Origin: Octopus vulgaris
Lineage: Eukaryota
DNA: 64,000 bases
Direction of reading: 5' to 3'
Assembly (NCBI GenBank): GCA_951406725.2
Contig: OX597825.1
Location: forward strand, 73,842,001-73,906,000
In this document: one piece after another, positions 1 to 13,156 of the stretch
Numbering within the stretch: position 1 is the first letter of the stretch
Layout: each line of letters begins with the position of its first letter
Made by a program: the position numbers and the translations under genes
The notes under the pieces: generated by a model
Told to the model about the DNA's origin: nothing
Database searches by the model: none
What the model saw: the letters and a program-made list of their open reading frames with translations, nothing else

Positions 1-34
1 GATTAAAGTCCACAAGATGAAAGATTAGAATGTG

Positions 35-435
35 GCACACACATACACACGTGTATGTAAATACATACACGCACATACACACGCATAAACTTATATATGT
101 ATAAACACATAGGAACATATATATGTGTATATATATATATATATATGTACCAGTGTATGTAAACGGGGGAGTTATAAATAATGGTATATTGGCTTTGTTT
201 TTTTGGCACAAGGCCAGCAATTTCTGGGTGTAAGTGACGAATTGCATCACATTGTATGCTATACCTACCCCTTTGAAATGATTAAAGTCCACAAGATGAA
301 AGATTAGAATGTGGCAGGTATAGCATACAATGTGATGCAATTCGTCACTTACACCCAGAAATTGCTGGCCTTGTGCCAAAAAAACAAAGCCAATATACCA
401 TTATTTATAACTCCCCCGTTTACATACACTGGTAC

Positions 436-466
<31 letters not shown>

Positions 467-553
467 TATGTTCCTATGTGTTTATACATATATAAGTTTA
501 TGCGTGTGTATGTGCGTGTATGTATTTACATACACGTGTGTGTATGTGTGTGC
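35..553. repeat. ~235-bp near-perfect inverted duplication (35-266 / 316-553) interleaved with a 37-bp direct repeat (1-37 / 280-316)
   Basis: Arms are reverse complements, differing mainly in (TA)n/(GT)n length. GATTAAAGTCCACAAGATGAAAGATTAGAATGTGGCA occurs at 1 and 280. Confidence 0.95.
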
Positions 554-598
554 ATGTTTTTATCAAACAGATCAAACTTGAACATAGTCGTGATTTTG

Positions 599-652
<54 letters not shown>

Positions 653-657
<5 letters not shown>

Positions 658-960
658 CGTGATCACCGTGACCGACTAGGCTAACAGATGTTGTTAAACA
701 TCGCTGTTCACAATGCGCTTCGCATTGTTTTAGCCTTCAAATAACACCACCCCGCTGGCTAAGCGAGCAGGCCAACAGAAGAAAGACTGAGAGAAAGTTG
801 TAGTGAAAGAGTACAGCAGAGATCGCCACCCACCCCCACTGCCGGAGCTTCGTGGAGCTTTAAATGTTTTCGCTCAATAAACACTCACAACGCCCGGTCT
901 GAGAATCGAAACTGCGATCCTACAACCGCAAGCCCTAACCACTGGGCCATTGCGCTTCCA
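653..960 (-). mobile_element. tRNA-derived SINE, family B, full length
   Basis: Minus strand TGGAAGCGCAATGGCCCAGTGGTTAGGGC (A box) ... GTTTCGATTCTC (B box), body, then tail ending CACGGTGATCACGGTGAT(AT)n. Homologous to 9781, 29823 and 63223. Confidence 0.88.
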
Positions 961-1020
961 CATACACTGTCTCACACACATATATATGTATATGTATATA
1001 CACTCCCACACACACACGGA

Positions 1021-1063
<43 letters not shown>

Positions 1064-1070
1064 TCACAAA

Positions 1071-1101
<31 letters not shown>

Positions 1102-1477
1102 CACACGCACACACATATATATATATACGCATACATTCACTCAACAAAGCTTCATTATAAAATTCTTATGCAATATCAAATCGTTATAAATTCTGTTCTG
1201 TAGACGAAAGAATTAATTTGTTAAGGACATTTAAAAGAAAGCTGCATCTATTTCAACGCCATCGATCAAAGCATTCATTAAAAATAATTAATAACTACAT
1301 CAAATATATTTTACGAGGACACATGTAAAGAGATTAATGTATTCAGCTAAATCTCGTTCTATGGATGATCTGAGGGTCAGGTTAACTAATCTGATTCAGA
1401 ATATATCTGTAAACCAGTTGCCTTAATTAGAATAGACTCACAGTTTGGACACTGAAAAATTTCAGGAATAAATATAT

Positions 1478-1702
1478 TGATTTCAAATTTTGGCACAAGG
1501 CCAGCAATTATGTGGAAGCTGGGGAGGGCGGGTAGGTGGATTGGATCGAACCCCAGTGCTCAGCTGGTATCTATTTTAATTCTTTCTACTATAGGCACAA
1601 GGCCTGGATCTTGTTGGGAGGGGGATGGTCGATCACATCGACCCCAGTACTTGACTGGTACTTAATTTATCGATCCTGAAAGGACGGAAGGCAAAGTCGA
1701 CA
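1478..1702 (-). mobile_element. Two old SINE family A fragments (old-type tail)
   Basis: GGCACAAGGCC ... CGACCCCAGT ... CTGGTACTTAATTTATCGA ... GGCAAAGTCGAC motifs shared with young A copies. Confidence 0.75.
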
Positions 1703-1847
1703 TACGTACATACAGACATAAATCCATACATACCCACATATATGTATACATTTGGATATATATTTTATACGCATGTATGTATATGAAAGCATGTATATCT
1801 GCATGTATGCACGAGAATACAGCTGTACGCCACTTCACACTATAATA

Positions 1848-1925
1848 CGTATGTATGTATGTATGTATGTATGTATGTATGTATGTATGTATGTATGTTT
1901 GTATGTATGTATGTATGTATGTATG

Positions 1926-1984
<59 letters not shown>

Positions 1985-1995
1985 TGTATGTATGT
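1848..1995. repeat. (TATG)n microsatellite
   Basis: Direct reading of the sequence. Confidence 0.95.
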
Positions 1996-2094
1996 GCATG
2001 TTCGTGTGTGTATGTATGTATATATATTTATATGCAATCACACACATGCAAACATACACACACACACACACACACACTCATACGCATCTATTTT

Positions 2095-2315
2095 TATGTG
2101 TTTCAGCCTTTGGAGTGCGGCCATGCTAGAGCACTACCCTGCCAGGTTTAATTGGATACATCGACCCTAGTACTTATTTTCTTACGCCTGCTAGTTATTC
2201 TATCGGTTTCTTCTGGCGAATCGCAATGTTACAGGGAGGTAAGCATACCAACAGATGCATATACGCGTACATACACATTGGAAAGCAAACTTCTGACCAG
2301 TAAGCGCTCCTTGCA
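2095..2315 (-). mobile_element. Degraded SINE family D
   Basis: TGTTTCAG ... GCGGCCATGCTAGAGCAC ... CTAGTTATTCTATCGGT match the D 3' half; head remnant near 2280-2315. Confidence 0.65.
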
Positions 2316-2347
2316 CTCACACACACATACACAGACACAGACACACA

Positions 2348-2408
<61 letters not shown>

Positions 2409-2766
2409 ACACACAATACTTACTTGTTCATATATACATACACAAATACACACAGATATATGTTGATAGTTTTGAAGATATGCGCAGTGAAGCGTGGTAC
2501 ATAACCGACGATCGGGCTCAATGTTTATCGTAGAACACTGAAGAGATGCTTTGCAACATTATATAATGTTTCTACAATGGTTATGTAATTATAAAGGTAA
2601 TTTAATTTGGCGAAACTCGTGTATGTTTTATAAAGCATTAGATAACATATCTTGTAAATTCTATCTCTCTCCCTCTGTGTGTATACACACCTGTATAACT
2701 CATATGTACGTGTATAAGGTGTGTGTGTGAATATATATATATATATAGAGAGAGAGGGAGAGAGAG

Positions 2767-3266
2767 AGAGTAGTTGGATACTGTCAACTTAATGTGACAG
2801 TCCCATGAAGGGAATCACACCACTGCTATTTAGCCCTAGGAAGTATGAATGCTTTCTGTCAGCCTTGACACATTTCCTGTATCCTTATGTTTACAAGGGG
2901 GAGACAAGCACCTCCACCCAGCTAAGCCTGAAAACAGAGACTAGTTTCTGATTCTTTGCTCGTCATCAGTCAGGAGTAGCATGGCCTGCTAGTTGGAGAT
3001 GCCTGTTTAGCCTTTGTAAACATATAAGAATTCTAGTGAAATAAATTCACTGATTACAAAAATAGAAATAGTACGATAGAGTAGTTGTATACTGTCAACT
3101 TAATGTGACAGTATACAACTACTCTATAGTACCACTACTGCATAAATCTCTCTGAGATATTTAGAAATATAATATTTCTATTTTTGTAATCAGTGGATTT
3201 ATTTCACTACAATTCTTATATATTTACAAAGGCTAGACAGGCATCTCTAACTAGCAGGCCATGCTA
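2767..3266 (-). mobile_element. HHR-bearing, terminally redundant ~311-bp unit with fold-back extensions (PLE pLTR / retrozyme-like)
   Basis: 35-bp direct repeat 2767-2801 / 3078-3112; HHR-like motif on minus strand 2926-2975; perfect 22-bp hairpin 3076-3127; 94-bp inverted repeat 2977-3070 / 3173-3266. Confidence 0.65.
2926..2975 (-). ncRNA. Type I hammerhead ribozyme-like motif
   Basis: Minus strand CCTGA-CTGATGA-CGAGCAAAGAATCA-GAAAC-TA-GTC-TCTG: intact core, palindromic ACTAGT stem III, GUC site. Stems I and II are imperfect. Confidence 0.6.
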
Positions 3267-3424
3267 GTTTATGGTTTGTCTAGTGTTTAGTCCTACTTTC
3301 TTTCGTGATTGCGTTTCTTCAGAAAACCTGATGACACCAAAATGGAACGAAAACAGTTGCCCATCGCTGTTCCCCCGCGAAATATTGACCACTATTTTTT
3401 TCTCTTAAATATATTGAATTTATA

Positions 3425-3630
3425 TTTTAGTACAAGGCCAGCATTTTTTTTGGGCGGGGGGGGGAGAAAATCAATTATTCGACCCCTGTGTTCAACTAGT
3501 ATTTATTTTATCGACCACCGAAAGATAAAAGGCAAAGTCGAACTCGATAGGATTTGAACTCAGAAAGTAAAGTCGTACGAAACGTTAATAACTTTTGCCC
3601 AGCGTGCTAAATAATCTGCCATCTCGTCTT
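3425..3630 (-). mobile_element. Old SINE family A copy
   Basis: TACAAGGCCAGC ... TTTATCGACCACCGAAAGATAAAAGGCAAAGTCG ... TTTGAACTCAG ... GCGTGCTAA. Confidence 0.8.
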
Positions 3631-4293
3631 TCCCCGTAAATATATTAATGAAATCGTAGAAGACTTGCTTTCTTGAAATTATCTCCCTTCCTTTTACAGA
3701 ATTGCAACAAATTATCTTCTCAAAAACGCAAAGGAAATTTTGCGTTGAATTTAAAATTTACGATATATGACACAATATACAGTACAATATTGAGTATGAG
3801 TTAGCGTATCTGTGCATGCGTGCGTGAGTGTATGAATGTGCGTCCATAAATTATTTAACAGTGCAATTGTACTCAATACATGGTGTGGAGTATGATTATA
3901 TTTCCTCTCACGAAGTCTTATGCTACTACTCAGATTTTGATGATTTGTAAGGAAAAACGAAAAACATGCGTTTTTATGTAATATAGTGTAGGGACTTGAG
4001 TGTTTCACGGGTTAACACGTGCAATTGGCAGTATTTCATAACTAAAGAAATTCTACAGAAAAATGGCCACAAAAATATTTTGTTTTGCAGGGGAGACAAC
4101 TGTACGCCACTTTATATATTTTGCTGAGAAATCACAATTTTGCTTAAATCTTGCATTGTTAATTTGTCTGTACTCCAGGTAATCTCTTTTAGAGATATCC
4201 ACATGCACATACGTAAACACACACTCAGACACATGCACACACACACTCATACGTTTATGTATACATGTATTCTAGCATGTATACGTATTTATA

Positions 4294-4349
<56 letters not shown>

Positions 4350-4403
4350 CATACATACATACATACATGTGTATACTTACATACATATATATATATACTT
4401 ACT

Positions 4404-4449
<46 letters not shown>

Positions 4450-4568
4450 CATTTCTACACACATATTCTTACATACACCATTAATGTATGTATAAAGTAG
4501 TGTTTATACAGGGTTATTATTGATTTCTTTTAAAGGTTAATACGAATGTAATGAAAGTTCAATTATAT

Positions 4569-4576
4569 AACATCAA

Positions 4577-4624
<48 letters not shown>

Positions 4625-4810
4625 TATTATTATTATTATTATTATTAGTAGTAGTAGTAGTAGTAGTAGTAATAGTAATAGTAGTTGTAGTAGTAGTAAT
4701 AGTAATAGTAGTAGTAGTAGTAGTAATAGTAATAGTAATAGTAGTTGTAGTAGTAGTAGTAGTAGTTGTAGTAGTAGTAGTAGTAGTATCACAACCACCA
4801 CCATCACTAT
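4569..4810. repeat. Compound triplet microsatellite (ATC)n(ATT)n(AGT)n
   Basis: Direct reading of the sequence. Confidence 0.95.
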
Positions 4811-5329
4811 TGGTTGTAGTAATGATGACGATGATAGGGCCAAAACCGCAATGACCTTCTTAAGCATCATCTGAAGACCTGCTGAGTATTTTGAAGAAAC
4901 GTTACTGCTTGTGAAAGCTACTGAGGTCACGTTCTATGTTGCAGTTCATCGGTTAGGGACTCGTCTGAAAGGAGTCGTGTCTAAGGAAAAATTCACTTGC
5001 GTAAGATGCCAAGCAGTGGTACCAATCGTTATATTTTCTGCATAGTATAAACTAAAGAACAGCAATAACTTTATAATTTTATAGTAGTTTAAAGTAGAAA
5101 TGATAGCACCCATTATTATAAAATAGCGTTTAGTAAGGAGAACGGTTAGAAGGAACCCTCTGACCGGTGACATAGTTTGAATATTTGCTACAAAGTGGCC
5201 TGTCTTACTGGTACCCAAGGGCCAGGTGATATGTTAAACTGAATAGTGGTTTTATGCCTATCTTGTGAACTCTGTGAAATACATAAGTATCATGTAATGG
5301 AGTTAAAGAAGGCGGCGTACCCTTGTAAT

Positions 5330-5395
5330 CTTCACTAACCACAACCTAACGTCAAGTGGTGGTATTTACCGTAATGATGGTTTAGCTCAACTAAC
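5330..5395 (+). pseudogene. Possible relic of a PLE reverse-transcriptase catalytic motif
   Basis: GGT ATT TAC CGT AAT GAT GGT TTA GCT = GIYRNDGLA, resembling the GLYRDDGL motif of some PLE RTs. Flanks are not recognisable. Confidence 0.3.
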
Positions 5396-5922
5396 CTAGA
5401 TCAGGTAAATTCCATACACAGTTTGCAGCACAATATGCTTTCCGTCTACTTTACTTCAGTCACAAGGTTTGGTGTTTTTTTTGGTTTATTTCCGTTAAGA
5501 CACAACTCGTCACCAGGAATCGAGCTGACGATCACACGATCGTGAGACGTATACTCTAATCACTCAATCGCGCAGCTTCAGAAGATGGCAACGATAAAAG
5601 GAACGGAAGAAGCTCATCTTTGCGGTCAATGAATTGAAATTCATTTCCGCGGAAAACTAGGGAAACTCCACCCACCCCCATGATCCAAAAAATCAAAAAC
5701 AAAAAAAAAAAAAGAAAAATTGAAAATATAGAACGGATACAAAATACACCAACTCCATAAACAACTCTTTAATTTAACTTACTACAGTTAAATTGCATTT
5801 TAGTTAATTGCAAGTTTGCAAGACAGCAACCTCATTTCATTTGTCTTTCTGTTTACTCATAAAATTAAACCTAAATCAATTTAGTTCAATGTTTTAAAAT
5901 GGAAGTAAACGATTTCCAATAG

Positions 5923-6560
<638 letters not shown>

Positions 6561-6985
6561 CGGTTACACTCGGCTGATGTGATTTCCATTCCGTTGAGTT
6601 TTTTGCCTTGTAAATACAATAACAGATTTTGAAATCTGAACCATTCTACAATGCAATCAAACTGAATAGCGCAAACTTTGGGGGAACGCGCCCACGCAGA
6701 CACGCACACGCATACACACATACACACACACGCATGCGCACACTCACCCTACTCCCCACACGTTTGTGTGTATGAGTGTGTGGTGATATCGACGGAAAAG
6801 CGAACAGTGTCTTTGTTGTGAGTATTGGAAACTTCAACGTTCGGGCTTCTATCAACTTCTCCTTGAAGAAGAACTCTGCCCGAAACGTTAGATCTTTCAC
6901 TGCTCAATGGAAGTTTACTGTGTCCTTTTTTTTGTGTGACAGTTCGCTAGATTTGCTAGAAAGAGCAACCAAATTTATCTCAGAG

Positions 6986-7348
6986 GCTGGTATGCATGGG
7001 CGACTGCTGGTCTTCCATACACAACCTTGCCCGGACATGTGCTTCGGAGGGGAACTTTCTAGGTGCAATCCCATGGTCATTTATGACTGAAGGGGGTCAC
7101 AACTCAACCCAACTCAACTCAACAATATAAGCAAATACTAATGAACGCAAACTCGCAATCTCACATCTGGTATGCATGGGCGATTGCTGGTCTTCCATAT
7201 ACAACCTTGCCCGGACTTGTGCCTCGGAGGGGAACTTTCTAGGTGCAATCCTATGGTCATTTATGACTGAAGGGGGGTCACAACTCAACTCAACCCAACT
7301 CAACAATATCAGAAAATACTAATGAACGCAAACTCGCAAACTCACATC
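6986..7348 (+). repeat. Tandem duplication of ~181 bp (SINE C 3' end plus flank)
   Basis: CTGGTATGCATGGGCGA...GAACGCAAACTCGCAA.CTCACATC repeated at 6986 and 7167. The first ~110 bp of each unit match the C tail at 16455-16570. Confidence 0.92.
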
Positions 7349-7654
7349 GCTCTCTTTCCCACACGAAGACAAACACCTGTATTCGTCTGAGTATTATGTG
7401 CTTTTATACAGAAAGCATTATGCACGTGTGGCATATTGGTGAGAGAGAGAGAGAGAGGGAGGCAGGGGAGAGAGAGGAGGAAGAGAGAGGGAGAAAGACG
7501 CGAGGAGAAAGCGAGAGAGACATTGGAAGTTAAGTGAAAGAGAGAAAGGAAAAGAGAAAAAGAATCAATAGTGTGCAAGAGTAAGGGAGGGAGGGAGGCG
7601 CAGAGTAAATCGATTGAGAGGAGATATACTTATAGATAAGTTGTAATCACTATA

Positions 7655-7833
7655 TTCTTTTCTACTCTAGGCACAAGGCCGGACGTTTTGGGGGAGGGGA
7701 GCAACTGGTACTTAATTTATCGACCCAGAAATGATGTAAGGCGAAGTAGACCCCCGGCGGAATTTGAACACAGAACTCAGAAATGTCGCTAAGCATTTCG
7801 ACCGGCGTGCTAACATTTCTGCCAGCTCGCCGT
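7655..7833 (-). mobile_element. SINE family A, old-type tail
   Basis: TCTACTCTAGGCACAAGGCC ... GGCGGAATTTGAAC ... GCTAAGCATTTCG ... GCCAGCTCGCCG. Confidence 0.85.
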
Positions 7834-7888
7834 CTAAAAAATCACTGTATTGATATATAAAAATAGATAGCTAGATAGCCAAGAGAAT

Positions 7889-8437
<549 letters not shown>

Positions 8438-8649
8438 AGACTAAGTCTCATTGCAGCAGATATATGTTTGGGAATAGTAAGAGGTGAGATGTACAGGAGG
8501 GAGTGGCAATCACATAAAACGCAACTTTTCATTTTAAGTGGTTCTTTAAATGCAAGATGGAGGCATAAGGCGTTGAGTTTTTGTGTGTCTGTGTGAGCGA
8601 CATACTTATTCTCTCTACATGCGTGTACGTGGATGCATCTGTGTCCATC

Positions 8650-8889
8650 TGGCCGGACTATCTGTCTGTCTGTCTGCCTCCCGACCTGCCCGTCTGTCTG
8701 TCTATCTGTCTGACTATGTCTGCCTGTTTGACTGATGGCCTGTCTGCCTGTCTGTCTGTCTAGTTGTGTGTGTGTGTATGCGCATGTCTGCCTGTCTGTG
8801 TATGTGTGTCGGTCTACTTAATTGTCTGTGTCTGCCTATCTGTCTGCCTGTCTGGCTGTGTCTGCCTCTGTGTGTGTGTGTGTGTCTGC

Positions 8890-8935
<46 letters not shown>

Positions 8936-9215
8936 CCTCGTGTGTGTTTGACTGTCCGGACCATCCGTCTGTCTGCCTGTCTGTCTGCCTGCCTACCTGC
9001 CTGTGTGTGTGCGTCTGTGTGTGTGTGTATGTGTGTGTGTGTGTGTGTGTGTTGTGTGTGTGTGTGTGTGTGTGTATGTGTGTGTGTGTGCCTGTCTGTT
9101 TGTATGAATATATGTATGCATAATATGTGTTTGTATGAATGTTTGCATACCTGCATATACAGGAAAATATCCACAAAAATGTTTCGCCAGCGGTCTTAAG
9201 AATGAACCAAAGCAA

Positions 9216-9267
<52 letters not shown>

Positions 9268-9290
9268 GCACGCACGCACGCACATACACT
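8650..9290. repeat. (TCTG)n/(TG)n/(CA)n microsatellite complex
   Basis: Direct reading of the sequence. Confidence 0.9.
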
Positions 9291-9593
9291 TAAACACACA
9301 AGCACATATCTATCTATTATCTATCTATTATCTATCTATCTATCTGTTTGCACATGAATACACATATACGGATGTATGTGTATATTATTATCATTATTAT
9401 TATTTTTTTTGGAAGCAACTTGCAGGTGCAAATGTTAGCAGTTGAAAGCTCCGCATATCAGATGCGAGCAAGCTTATGGGGTCACCAGGAGAGTGCGCGC
9501 AGTTTCGGGGAGTTCCCTTAGACGGCATTATTGCACCCCTCACCACCTACTGAGATGTGGCTTCGCTTGCTTTATTAACTGGTTACAGCGTAT

Positions 9594-9662
<69 letters not shown>

Positions 9663-9780
9663 TATAAGAAAAATATATAATACACACACACCTACACATA
9701 CATACATACATACATACATACATACATACATACATACATACATACATAAATGCATACATATGTGTGTGTGTGTGTGTGTG

Positions 9781-9977
9781 TGGAGGCGCAATAGCCCAGA
9801 GGTTAGGGCAGCGGACTCACGGTCGGAGGATCGCGGTTTCGATTCCCAGACCGGCTTTGTGTGTGTTTATTGAGCGAAAACGAGGTGGCGTCATTAGAAG
9901 GCTAAAACAATGCGAAGCGCATTGTGACCAGCGATGTGTAGCAACATCTGATAGCCTGGTCAGTCACGGTGATCACG

Positions 9978-9982
<5 letters not shown>
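9781..9982 (+). mobile_element. SINE family B with internal deletion
   Basis: tRNA-like head GGAGGCGCAATAGCCCAGAGGTTAGGGC...GTTTCGATTCCC joined near 9881 directly to the B tail. About 130 bp of body are missing relative to 653-960. Ends in (AT)n. Confidence 0.88.
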
Positions 9983-10016
<34 letters not shown>

Positions 10017-10025
10017 GTACAGGAC

Positions 10026-10358
10026 GTCACCATTCGGTCATGACTGACTTTGAGATTGGACATAGAAAGTTCCCCTCCGAGGCATAAGTCCGGGCAAGGT
10101 TGTTTATGGAAGGCCAGCAATCGCCCATGCATACCAGACTCCCTCTATCCACGCTACCGGTATTATCCAAGGGAAAAAGCAAAGACCGATACAGCTTGAC
10201 ACCAGTGACGTCGCAACTAATTTCTACAGCTGAGTGAACTGGAGCAACGTGAAATAAAGTGTCTTGCTCAAGGACATAACGTACAACCCGGTGCGAGAAT
10301 CGAACTCACTAACTCATGATTGTGTGCCTAATGCTCTAACCACTGAGCCATGTGACTT
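10026..10358 (-). mobile_element. tRNA-derived SINE family C (CORE-like segment CCTTGAGCAAGACACTTTA)
   Basis: Minus strand TGGCTCAGTGGTTAGAGC ... GAGTTCGATTCTC ... TCCTTGAGCAAGACACTTTATTTCACG. Colinear with 16271-16575. Confidence 0.85.
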
Positions 10359-10457
10359 CTAATTTATTTGTATATTAGAACAATATAGGGCATTTTAGTA
10401 TTGTATAAAATAAGCGCATTATTACACACACGCGTGTGTCTGTATATGTGTGTGTGA

Positions 10458-10630
10458 CGGCGCTTGGACTAGTGTTTAGAGTATTGCACTCACGATCGCA
10501 AGATTGTGGTTTCGATTCCTGAACTGGGTAGTGTATCGCGTTCTTGAGCAAAACACTTCATTTCAGGCTAATCTGCGATCACTTCAACCTCTGGCGTGTG
10601 ACACTCAGTTGCACCTGTTTCGACAACAAC
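10458..10630 (+). mobile_element. C-type SINE head with a different body (degraded)
   Basis: GGCGC...GGTTTCGATTCC...TTCTTGAGCAAAACACTTCATTTCA. Similar to the minus-strand copy at 26625-26870. Confidence 0.6.
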
Positions 10631-10734
10631 GATTTGATGACGGGAGTGAACCAATGGGCAACACACGTATTCGATAATTGTAAAGAAATCAATTGTAGTC
10701 ATGCAGCAAAAGCTGAAACGGGAGATTCCATCAT

Positions 10735-10865
10735 ATATGTATTCTTTTCTGAAGAGGAGCGTCGGCTCGAAACGTTAAAGACTTTCTCATTTCCCGAGCG
10801 TTATACTAATACATCTGTTTGTTGTCTACACCACCTGCCTTCGTCTTTGTTTTTTTGTGAATTCT

Positions 10866-10870
<5 letters not shown>
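10735..10870 (+). mobile_element. Short PLE-derived element P1 with minimal HHR motif (10743-10782)
   Basis: TCTTTT-CTGAAGA-G-GAGC-GTCG-GCTC-GAAAC-GTT-AAAGA. Downstream ~90 bp shared with 14395 and 31830. Ends at (TA)n. Confidence 0.75.
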
Positions 10871-10940
<70 letters not shown>

Positions 10941-11034
10941 ACGTTTCAGGTTCTATATGTGACTGTTTACTCTTTCATTCTTTTACTTGTTTCAGTCATT
11001 TGACTGTGGCCATGCTGGAGCACCGCCTTTTAAT

Positions 11035-11950
11035 CATGCCACGTACAAAAGAAGCCTTGTAATTACCCAAATTTCAAGGAGGCCGTATTGTGTGTCAATC
11101 TGAAGGTGAACTTAGCGTTAAATCACAGAAAACCTTGGGATCCCACTTTCTACAGATTGCTGCCAACAATGAAACAAAGCAACTATTCTGTGATGGTCTG
11201 GGGAGCATGATGGAAACAGAGTTGGTGGATTATAATGGAAACATAAACTCGGATAAATATGCTAAGGGGACAAACAGAGTGGATAAACAAGGACAGACAA
11301 TGGGATTAAATCGATTACATTGTCCCCAGTGCGTAACTGGTACTTATTTAATCGACCCCCGAAAGGATGAAAAGCAAAGTCAACCTCGGCGGAATTTGAA
11401 CTCAGAACGGAGCGGCAGACGAAATACCGCTAAGCATTTCGCCCGGTGTACTAACGTTTCTGTCAGCTCGCCGCCTCGGATAAGTATGTGTCCATATTGC
11501 AGAAAGGACTCCTTTCAATCTTCTCCAGTGGTGAAATGATTAAAGATAGTGCTCCTTGTCACATGGCTAAAAAGACCCAAGATTGGTTGGAAAAGAATGG
11601 CATTAAAAAAAAATTCTATGGCCAAGGCAGTCACCAGATATGAACCCTATTGAACACCTCTGGGTCATAATGGACAGGACACTTCGTAAAAAGAACAATA
11701 AAACATCCTCAAAGCCAGATCTTTTGAGATTACTTCATGGAACTTGGCAAGAAATCCTTCAAGAGAACATTCGTCCTCTCGTCAGTAATATGCCTAATAG
11801 GGTCCTAGCACTGAAAAATGCAAAGGGCATCTCTACTAAATATTAGATATTGACATTATAATAATTAGTAAATAATTTGAATATAGAATTCCATATTTAA
11901 ATAAATTTGAATGATTATAAGGGTATCCATTTACTTCTGTCATGTGTGTG
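11035..11950 (+). pseudogene. Decayed Tc1-family transposase (interrupted by SINE A)
   Basis: Translatable pieces SVMVWGA, D.APCH, WPRQSPDMNPIEHLW and C-terminal ...KGISTKY (ORF 11640-11846) are Tc1 DDE signatures. Frameshifts and stops present. Confidence 0.88.
11262..11476 (-). mobile_element. Young SINE A monomer inserted in Tc1, with TSD
   Basis: Matches A consensus; CTCGGATAA(A/G)TATG duplicated at 11248-11261 and 11475-11488. Confidence 0.92.
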
Positions 11951-11974
11951 TATAATATATATGTATATATCTGT

Positions 11975-12200
11975 ATGTGTCTTTGTGTTTGCGTTTGTCG
12001 CCCCCCACACCCATCACCGCTTGACAACTGGTGTTAGTGTGTTTACGTCCCCGAAATTTAGCGGTTCTGCAAAATAGACCGATGGAATAAATACTAGGCT
12101 TCAGAAATAAGTCCCGGGGTCGATTTTGACTCAAACCCCTCGAGGCGGTGCTCCAGCATGGTTGCAGTCAAACGACTGAAACAAATAAAGGAATAAAAGA
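11975..12200 (+). mobile_element. SINE family D, 3' half
   Basis: CGCTTGACAACTGGTG...GTTTACGTCCCCG...GGCGGTGCTCCAGCATGG...CTGAAACAA. Confidence 0.85.
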
Positions 12201-12612
12201 AAAAAAGATCATATATGTAAATATATATGTATACATGTATGTGTGTATTTGTGTGTGTGTATATATGCTCGTGTGTGTATATATTCGCGTCCGTGTGTTT
12301 ATGTGCGTATGCATGTGTGTATGTATGTATGTATGAATTGGTTGGTGCCAGGTATCTTGTCAAACTTATTTGTTATTTTCCCTGAAGCTTCTCCTAATTA
12401 CCGTTAGGGCACGTATTTAAAATGTTTGTTGCTTTCAATTTCGTAATAAGAGCGTAATGCGACTGAGAGGTGTCAAGCGCCTCAGAATTCCTTTTTATAA
12501 GCAAACGTTTAAATAACACATATAATACATACACACACACGCCCACATATGTATACATACATACATACATACATACATACATACATACATACATACATAC
12601 ATACATACATAC

Positions 12613-12713
<101 letters not shown>

Positions 12714-13033
12714 CATATATCGGCGACATAAGTTTTAAAAATAAATTTTTCGCGATTTGCTAATTAGGTTTTGTTAGCGATACAAAATTAACGAAATAAA
12801 TAAACAATTAAATGTCATATCACGTGTGAGCCGTCACGTGTGTAATTTTACGTTGTGCTTTCACATCTCAAGTATATTACACAGTGAAAGATTGGTAAAA
12901 ATTTGATCAGATTTGACATAATTTGGCGGCACTCTTAAAGAATAGCGGCGACATTATATGTCTGATAACTTCTCATGTACACAAAATCCCACGCACTTTA
13001 CACACGCATACACACAAACAAGTATACTCTTAC

Positions 13034-13156
<123 letters not shown>

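Noticed and set aside
9426-9590. Candidate exon after TTTGCAG
   Set aside because: All frames from the acceptor hit stops; no convincing donor or recognisable protein.
9781-9855. Functional tRNA genes at SINE heads
   Set aside because: A/B boxes are present, but there is no complete cloverleaf and they continue into SINE bodies.
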